This document shows positions 56,058 through 64,000 of a DNA stretch of 64,000 bases, one piece after another. The notes beneath the pieces were generated by a model. That model did not search any database, was not told the origin of the DNA, and was given only the letters and a program-made list of their open reading frames with translations. The stretch lies in the NCBI GenBank assembly GCA_051362555.1, contig CM120641.1:26356401-26420400 (forward strand), in the 5' to 3' direction. The translations under genes and the position numbers were made by a program. Source of the DNA: Lingula anatina (Eukaryota > Animalia > Brachiopoda). Every line of letters starts with the position of its first letter. Positions within the stretch are counted from its first letter, which is position 1.

Positions 56058-56513
56058 ATGACGAAGGTTCGCTATGCTGAAATGCGCGTAATGGTACAGA
56101 TAGAGCGCAAAGATAGCTAATATAGTCAACAAATTGCAATTGGGGACTAATGCCGTAAAAGTCGAAGCGTTTTTGGGAAATGCAACGTGCAGCTGATGTT
56201 TCGCTTCGAGTATAATTGTAGCAAAACTTTAATAGAAGGGTAAGTTACACCTCGTATTATGTATAAAGCTTAACTCTTTATCATCAGGAATTTCTCATGC
56301 GCAAAATCTGCACAATTAGCAGAAGATGCAAATATGAGAGAGCCTCCTATACAGAGGGCAGTGCTTTCCTCGATTATGCTACTAATGCAGCTATTGCATC
56401 AATATACTTTTTGGGAATACAGAACCCTGTGTGTTTGGCATAGCCGACCTTCATCATAACAGCTGATTTTAGAGCAATTTTCTGCTTTTCATGTTAAAGC
56501 GAACCTTCATCAT
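56058..56513. mobile_element. CpG-rich MITE-like insertion with inverted terminal motif
   Basis: ATGACGAAGGTTCGCTATGC (56058-56077) is inverted twice: GCATAGCCGACCTTCATCAT (56438-56457) and AGCGAACCTTCATCAT (56498-56513). Sharp local CpG excess. Exact ends uncertain. Confidence 0.6.
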
Positions 56514-56894
56514 AAAGAACCTTCTTAACATGGAGTCGACCCCAATTTCAGTAGATTTATTATTGATCTGGTAAACTTTTATTGGATGCATCAACAATAT
56601 GGTTGGCAAATTAACATTACTATACAATTTTCATATTTTTGTTCAGTTCATTAAAAAGAATAGTATAACATCTGCAAACAGTGGAGTTGCAATCCCAGTA
56701 GTAGGTATGCATTGCCAACAACCCTGAAACAAAGGAAAAAACTCATAAATTAGGTTTTAGAATAATTTTTTGAAAAAAAATAGGTTTTAGATAGACTTCT
56801 TAAAAGTCATGAAATATCACAGTTGGCAATATTGACTTTACATGGTGTTTGATTTGAGAAAGTCCACTCTCATTTGTACTCTTGTCTTCTGCAG

Positions 56895-57274
56895 ATGTAT
56901 CCAGGTCCACAAGGTGCTCCAACCCAAGCAGGGAATATGGCCATGGCTACCGACATGTCCAATAGAGATGGAACTGGGCGGTTCCCAGTCGGTCAAGTGG
57001 CTCCTCACTATTCCCCTCAGTATACTCCAGCATTGCAGTATGGTCCAGCACCTCAGTACGGCTTCACGTCACCTCAGTATGGTACCACAGCACCACAGTT
57101 TAATGGTGCATCACCTCAGTATAGCACCACAGCAGCACCCCAGTATATGGGCAGTCCCCAGCAAGTGAGGTCCCCTGTGAGTCAGTACTCTCCACAGTAC
57201 CCTCTTCAGCAGACACCATACCACCTCCAACACCCCATGACAGGGCAGTCTGCAGCAGCCTCTTTCTTTGCCAG
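56895..57274 (+). CDS. KIF26: KIF26-like kinesin, coding exon D (phase 0 to phase 2; MYPGPQGAPTQ...PQY repeats...TGQSAAASFFAR)
   Basis: Acceptor cttgtcttctgcag|ATG, 380 nt open (within track ORF 56874..57359), donor CAG|gttagt. Ends in SAAASFFAR, the conserved KIF26 motif recalled as SVAASFFAR|AAQKLNL just upstream of the motor domain. Confidence 0.92.
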
Positions 57275-60200
57275 GTTAGTGACCTTGTGTGCACATGTAG
57301 TCTTCTGCAGTGGAAGTGTTTTTGTCTTTCTTATTTTTTTATATTTAAAAGGCCATTGAATCCTTTTACCTCAGATCTCATTGAAAAGCATCTTTTTTCT
57401 TCTTAGATTCAAACCTTTCTGTGAGTTTAAACTTAAAAAGTTTAAACTGTTGATTGATATGTCTGTACCAAACCATGCTTTTAACTGATGAAAAATCACT
57501 TAAATGTCATCCTTGAAAGGTGCTGTTTATTCAGCTGCTATTTTCATTTTAAAATATATGAAAAAAAAAGATAACCGAAATAAGCCTCAGAACGTGTCAG
57601 ATCTCATTTGTTAAGCCTTGATGCCTGTAGCATCAGATTCTGCCTGTCGTCTAGTGGGATGGCTGGATGCGAAGACATGGCATTTTTGGAGGAACATCAA
57701 GGAATCTGCTTGTCTCCTAGAAGGCAATACCTCACAGAAAAAAGATGTTTTGAATCCCATCCTTGATCTTTTTATGAGATGATTAAGTACCTTTCCATCT
57801 TAACCTTTTTCCTTAGGGTTTGGTATGAATATCTTGTCCTTAAAAGTTTATTTAAGGATTGTCTTTGCATGACATGTTATAGCTGTGATAACAGTAATGC
57901 TGACATTGATCAGAGACAGTTGTGCACCATGAATATTTATTCAGTTTATATAGGTATACACCCCTTTTCAGATATAATGCGCAGTTAAATAGATTACATG
58001 AGAATCGTAGTGTCCAAACTTTTATTCTTTCCTTTCTGATGATATTTTCCAAGTCAAAGGATATGATGCTCAATGACAACGTCATGTCAGTTCAGATATT
58101 TTCAGGGACTTTTTCCGTTACATACGAGTATTATTTAATCTTTCTACCTGAACTCTCCAGCAATAGCTTGTTAGACAAGTTAAGGCAGAGAGCAAATTCC
58201 CCAAACAGTACATTATGAGCTAGATCTGGGTTTATCATGGTGTTCATCAGACAAATGGCCATCTTCGGATAAATCCAACTGTCTGAAGCCAGTTTTATCT
58301 ATTGCCAAGAGCTTTTAAACTTACACCATTTAATGCTAATCCAGTGTGTGGGCATTTCACTTGAATGCACTGTCTACTTCAGCTGACTAGAATGTGGAAT
58401 ATCAAATAAAATTTCCTCTAGGGATTCACATACCATCTTATCTGTATAAAAAAAGAAAGATCTATAACCTGCTAAATTCCCATACTAAAAGCTTTAAACA
58501 AATGTCTTTCTTTGAGGAAAAGGGTACAATTTTATCACATTTTTATAGCAAAGAGTATACTGCATCAAAACTGCCATATTCCCCAATGACGATATTTTGT
58601 TTTAAAGCCCAAAACATGAATTGTTATAGATTTGTAACAGCATGAGGATTCAGACTTGTGTACAGACAAAATGCATAAGAGATGTATTGATCTGGTGTTG
58701 GATCTGATAGTTGTAATGGATGATGGTACTCTTGATGCCTCTACTGAGACTTTGCTGAGGTTGTTAAGGATGGGATGCTACCAAGCTCTTGGTAAATCTG
58801 CTGATAGAATGAGAATGATAGATATGGATTATATCAACCTTGCAAAAGACATATTTTGTGGAATTTGATTTTTTATTTCCTTAAAAGATTTGGTTGCTGG
58901 AGATAGTTATAGTGAAAAGAAAATTCTGAGTGTTGGAATTTCAGGTGTTTTTAAAATGTTTTTTGATAACGGATATCTTTTTTTCATCAGTGTATGATGA
59001 GTTCAAAGTTTTGATTAGGAATACTATTACTTTTCATTTGTCTATAGCAGTTTAGATATATTGCATATTCAGGAATCAATACATTTGATCTTAATGGGAT
59101 CTGAAATAAGTTCCACAGAATATTCTTGAATCCAGGAATTTAAATGGAGTAATAACCCGTGCACCGCAGAGCGTGTTAAGTATTGATCTCACTTGAAGAC
59201 CAGATTTATTACACAAACACAGTCCAACCCAATATCCCAATTCTTTGTTATGAAATAAATTCTGATACATGTTCCAGCACAGTGTATATTGACCACAAAC
59301 TGGCAAACTAAATGGTGTGGGACAAAGTTCATTATTCCATTATGTAGTCATTATCAACAGTGTTGATAGTGTGGCTATTGATCTCCATGTCCCCCGTGAC
59401 CCTGCCCACTTGGCTTAGGGTCTCTCTGGCAAAACCTTCCTCGGCTACTACATAATGAGATACAATGTTGCCTGGAAAATGAAGAAAAAAAATTTTTTTT
59501 TCCTCGCTAATTTGACATTTATTGAGTCAAAAATTATTAGGCTAGAGATGTTTAAGTCAACAGACCTGAAAAAAAAGTCGGAATAAACCCAAGGTGTTGC
59601 ATGTATTATTAGATGAGAACCAGATTTTCATAGGATTCATTTTTATGCTATACCAGAACATGAAGCATGTAAAAGTTTTGTCATTTGTTCATAATCTGCC
59701 ATACACTTGATGAATTCATAATTAGTATGGGTAATGCTTTTTAATGCCAAGTCACAAGATTTTAGGTAAATCTTGACTATATTGTTACAAAACTTGTAAA
59801 TATCCATTGTGCAGTTCTGTAAAGTAACAATATGGCCAATGTCTTGAAAACTTAATAAGCCTTTTCCTCAAAGAATAAGGACACTAATTAACAGCATTTT
59901 TTATATTGAAGAATTGATGTAAGAATACTATTTGTAGTAATCTTATAGAATGGTGTATTGGCCCACTGGAGATCAAGGATTGCAATATACATCATTTGCA
60001 TGTAAATTGAACACAATTTTTTAAGTTAAATAAAAACTGTCATTGTCTTTTCACAAAATCTTAGGGGAAGGGAATGGCAATTAGACTTTAAGAGGCAGGT
60101 TGTACATGATAGACTAAATTCTGTTACTATTGATTCTGTAGTCCAACCTAGGGATTTGGTTTGCAAAGAAATAATGTAATTACATGACTCATATTGCAAT

Positions 60201-63200
60201 CCCAGCTTGTAAACTAGATATCTGAGACCATGATTTTTTTCCTGTGAAGTCTGAAGTTTTGATTGTATATTTTTTACCTCAGTCTTTTATAAAAAAATAA
60301 ATGAAGTTGGCAGCTCAGGTTAAAGATACTGTTAGCACTCACTAACCCCACTAAGGTGGGCTAGAGGGTAATCAATGAGATATCCATTTTTTATCAGGAC
60401 CATTTGAATAAACAGAAAAAATGATCACCCGTTTTGATAGCCAGCCGCCAACTAATCCCCCAAACAACAGAGCCTATAAAAATGTGCTTACACAAGAAAT
60501 TGCATTTTTCCACTACATAGATCACCCATCAGTTTGCCCCATGCAGAATTATTCTAGGGCTTGACACTATTGATCAGACTACAGCTATACTAAAAGGTTC
60601 TTTGCAGGGTGTTTCTGTTCACTAAAACTGGTGTAGTCTTTAATCTATCAGTATAATCTGGTAAGGTTATGTAAACAGTAAGGAACAGAAACACCAGTAG
60701 TGTCTCCTCTGTAATATATAATCTTGCGAACTCTCTTGATGTACCTGTCAGTTAACCTTGCTGATTTTTCCGCCTACAAGAAACAGTTTACTTCATTACA
60801 TCCTTTATTAAGTAGCATTCCATTGTTTCTTTAAAATTAATATTACTTTCTTTGTTTAGCCCACGTTTATATTTTAATTTGATGTTACTGAGAGTGGTCA
60901 ACTGGTCAAGGGTGGACAAAGGTCAAGATATGTCCTACAATCTTTAGGTTTTAAGTCCAAGGTGATTAAGTTTGCCCTGATCTGGGGTCAGTTTTGATGG
61001 TCCATCTAAATGCATGAATTTTAAATTGTGGGTATGTTTAATTCATTAGCACCCAACAGGGAAATTGTCCAAACTTTTCACTTTCTGTATCTTGTTTAGC
61101 AGGAGCACACCTTTCTATTACTGCGTGTCTATCATCCTTGCCAATAATACTGCAGCCTATGGGTGTTAAGTAGTTTCTTGATTTCCCACTTCTTTGGCAC
61201 AGCAGGATCTTGTGCATTTAGATGGCTTATTGTGACTACAGAGGGAAAAAATGTTTTTTTCCAAGTTCATGATATATTTAAAGGCAAATAATGGATTTTG
61301 ATTCAAGTTCCAAGTGCTTAGTCTTTTTCTTTCTCTTTCTCTTGCGTTAGATTAAGGATGTGAATTATCACACAGCAACTCATCTTATTTACAATTTTGC
61401 CATACAGTTTTGCACATAAGGGGTACATGGGAAAAATGAAGATGCATTGCCACCAGATTTGACTGTGCATTAAATGGCATATGCCAAATTTAACCTTCGC
61501 ATTTTGTGTTTTTTGTTATTTTATTGGAACAAGAAAGTTGTTTTTTTTTCAGTTGTTTGTTGCTGTCATGTTTGTCTGGTGTATTGTGGAAGACTGCTAG
61601 ACATTTCAGGCTCAGTGTGTTCTTGTTTAAAAACAAGTGTTGAAGGGAGTTATTTCTAGCCTCCTTTTTTTAATACTAAGTTTTTTCTTGGTCCATCCAA
61701 ATGGCAAATTGGTATGATGGAGGAGCTGTGCACACTGTTTTTACCTACACTTCCACCTGGTCACTAATTAATTACATGGGCACTGGCTTGGTTCCTCCAT
61801 AAACCTATCTGATTTAGAGGTTGTGATTGACAGATTGAAAGGTGCCCGTATTGTTCTGGTGTGCCCGCATTAAGATACGATTCATGCTCCAAATTACAAT
61901 AACTCCACCTGGATAAATAATCTAATTTTCCACTTCTTATGAATTTAAGATATTTCTTATCATTACCTGTCATTAGGAGAAGTCGAAATGGGTTTAATGA
62001 AAAAAGACAACAAATTAGTTGAGGATTTGGATCCAGTGATCATCCGGATGGAATCGATAACATTGTATATGGCTGATTTCAGAATTACTTACAACTGATT
62101 GGAAGTGTCACCATAATATCTTATGATAAGATGAAAAGTGGCTTGTTTTATAAGAAATCAAAAATTCCTTTCTTCCTCTGCATCACATTTAAGGTGTAAC
62201 TTGATTTTTGTCTTTGCTATTTAATAAGGCCGGAAAACGAAGACTTCATTAACAATTATGTGGTATTTGGTTAGAATAATTATCTATCACATTTCGTTAT
62301 TATTGACACATATTGTGGCATTTCTAATCTATGAGGAAGCATAAGGATTTCCTTCAAATTGCTAAGCATCAGAGTTAAAATTTCAGTTGGACTTAACAAT
62401 TCTTCACAGCTGCAGTTGAGGTTAGGCCAGCAGTTTCAGGCTTAAGTATATTTTATTCCTGCCTTATAGAATCTGATTTAGGATCATGCTCTAGCTATGG
62501 ACCTCAGCTCTCTCCTGGGGCCTCCTGCCATAAGTGAGGGTTGCCTCTCATTGCCTCAACTTGAGCTGGGGATAATTACTGCCTTGTTTTGACTGTGGTT
62601 CTGCAGCACGTGGCAACAGTTGGTCCTGATTGGTTGTAATGGAAAATGTGGACCGCAAGGCTGACATCCAGTCAGTGTGTTCAACTCCGTAGGGGGAAGG
62701 AGGAGTCCTGCTGTTCTATTCTTTCTCGTTGGCTTAACGTGCTCTTATACTGCACGCAGTTAGAAGGCCATCAGAGGATAATGCTTTATTTGTGCATTAA
62801 TTGCAAATAAAGTAATTACTTCATCTCAGACTGTGGGGAAGATAGTTGTAGATTGCCTTGGGCTGCTCTGTAGTGGCTTGATGACTTGTGTTAGACATAG
62901 AAAGAGTCTCATTTGTGGATTGTCTACTCTTGTGCTCCAGTATCTTGATGAACAACTTGATTAAGGCAAAGAGGAATTGTCATGGCAACGCAGATTGACT
63001 GTTGATTTAACAATTTCATTATGGCACAGATATATCTTAGATTTGAAAGGTAAGTGGTATAAACTGCTTGGCATTATTATAAAGTTCTTCTTCATCATCA
63101 AATCTAAAGTCTAAGATGGTAATTTCCTGTGTAAAACCATTCATTGTGGTTGGCCTATGGTCCCAGTTCAAAGCCTTTCTTGGAAACAAGATTTGTTTAA

Positions 63201-64000
63201 TCTAATTTTGGAAAAAAAATTTGAGTATCTGTGGTGTCTGCTCTGAAAAATGCCATGTCTTTCTGATGAGATTGCTTTTTCTTCTGGTGTTCATATACAA
63301 CAGATACACTTACTCAATAACTAGTCTTTTATTTTGATGGGAGCATATGCTTCTGACAGTCTATTCCAATGATATGACCAGTTTGAGAAACCTATGTGGT
63401 ACACACATGCCTTTTAACATAGAGTTGGCTACTGTAAATGTTTTCAGTGGTTGTCCTTTTTTGCAACAGTTTTCCCATACCTTCAACATACCATGCCAAA
63501 TTACTTTTTGCTAAATGATTTAGAAACAAAAATATACTACCTTGTAAATGTTTAGAATAGTTTCAGATGGTGTCAATAACACATTCAGAAGGGGAGCACT
63601 GTAAAAATGGATAGGTCCTTTTTTTTTTTTCTGGCATTTGGATCATTTTTTTTTCAATCAGAACACCCACAATGAAATTCAGTGAAGTAAAATCAAATTA
63701 ACAAAAGATGAAGAAAATTGAATTGTCATTGAAGCATATAGAGTTATATTCCAGTGCAGTAATTTGACTCAGATTCTTGAATCTTTTAAGCTTGTGTGCC
63801 GAAACTTAATAAGGCATTTTTTTCAAAAGTCCTTCAAGGTTTGCACTGAAAGGTCCTGACCCTCTGATAAAAAATAGGATCATTAGTACAATTGAAGGTC
63901 AGAGATCAGGTTTATAATTGATGTGATCTATTGACTGAGACCTGTAGGTCTTCTTTTTGTCGAACATTGCACACTTACTTGTGTTCTTTAAAGGAGGAGA
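57275..64000 (+). other. Intron (phase 2, runs past the window end)
   Basis: Donor gttagt at 57275. The expected next exon (AAQKLNL-like, then motor) was not seen before 64000. Confidence 0.75.
63021..63049 (+). CDS. Candidate alternative first coding exon (MAQIYLRFE-R), phase 2 like the exon D donor
   Basis: attATGG Kozak context, 9 codons + 2 nt, perfect donor AAG|GTAAGT. X-box-like ATTGTCATGGCAAC at 62976-62989. Confidence 0.4.

Overview
AT-rich, CpG-depleted animal genomic DNA, probably from an invertebrate bilaterian; it is not prokaryotic. The whole window lies inside one + strand gene, a KIF26/kinesin-11 family (KIF26A/B, vab-8-like) kinesin. Four GT-AG-bounded, phase-compatible coding exons (508-702, 29658-29947, 49136-49265, 56895-57274) give about 331 aa of the N-terminal pre-motor region. 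They are separated by introns of 28955, 19188, 7629 and more than 6700 bp. The start codon and motor domain lie outside the window. The introns hold fold-back MITE-like elements, a TTAA-flanked transposon remnant, mini- and microsatellites, G-tracts and homeodomain-site-rich patches. Main leads: (i) several intronic ATG-to-donor mini-exons whose phase matches the next constitutive exon, suggesting a ladder of internal promoters making N-terminally trimmed KIF26 isoforms; (ii) a Tyr/Pro/Gln (S/A-P-Q-Y) repeat resembling the Pol II CTD inside exon 4; (iii) a duplicated 3' splice site plus five codons differing only at synonymous positions; (iv) a twin CxxC module split by a 29-kb intron. Nearly all ORFs in the supplied track are spurious. 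Homology statements come from recalled sequences, not database searches.
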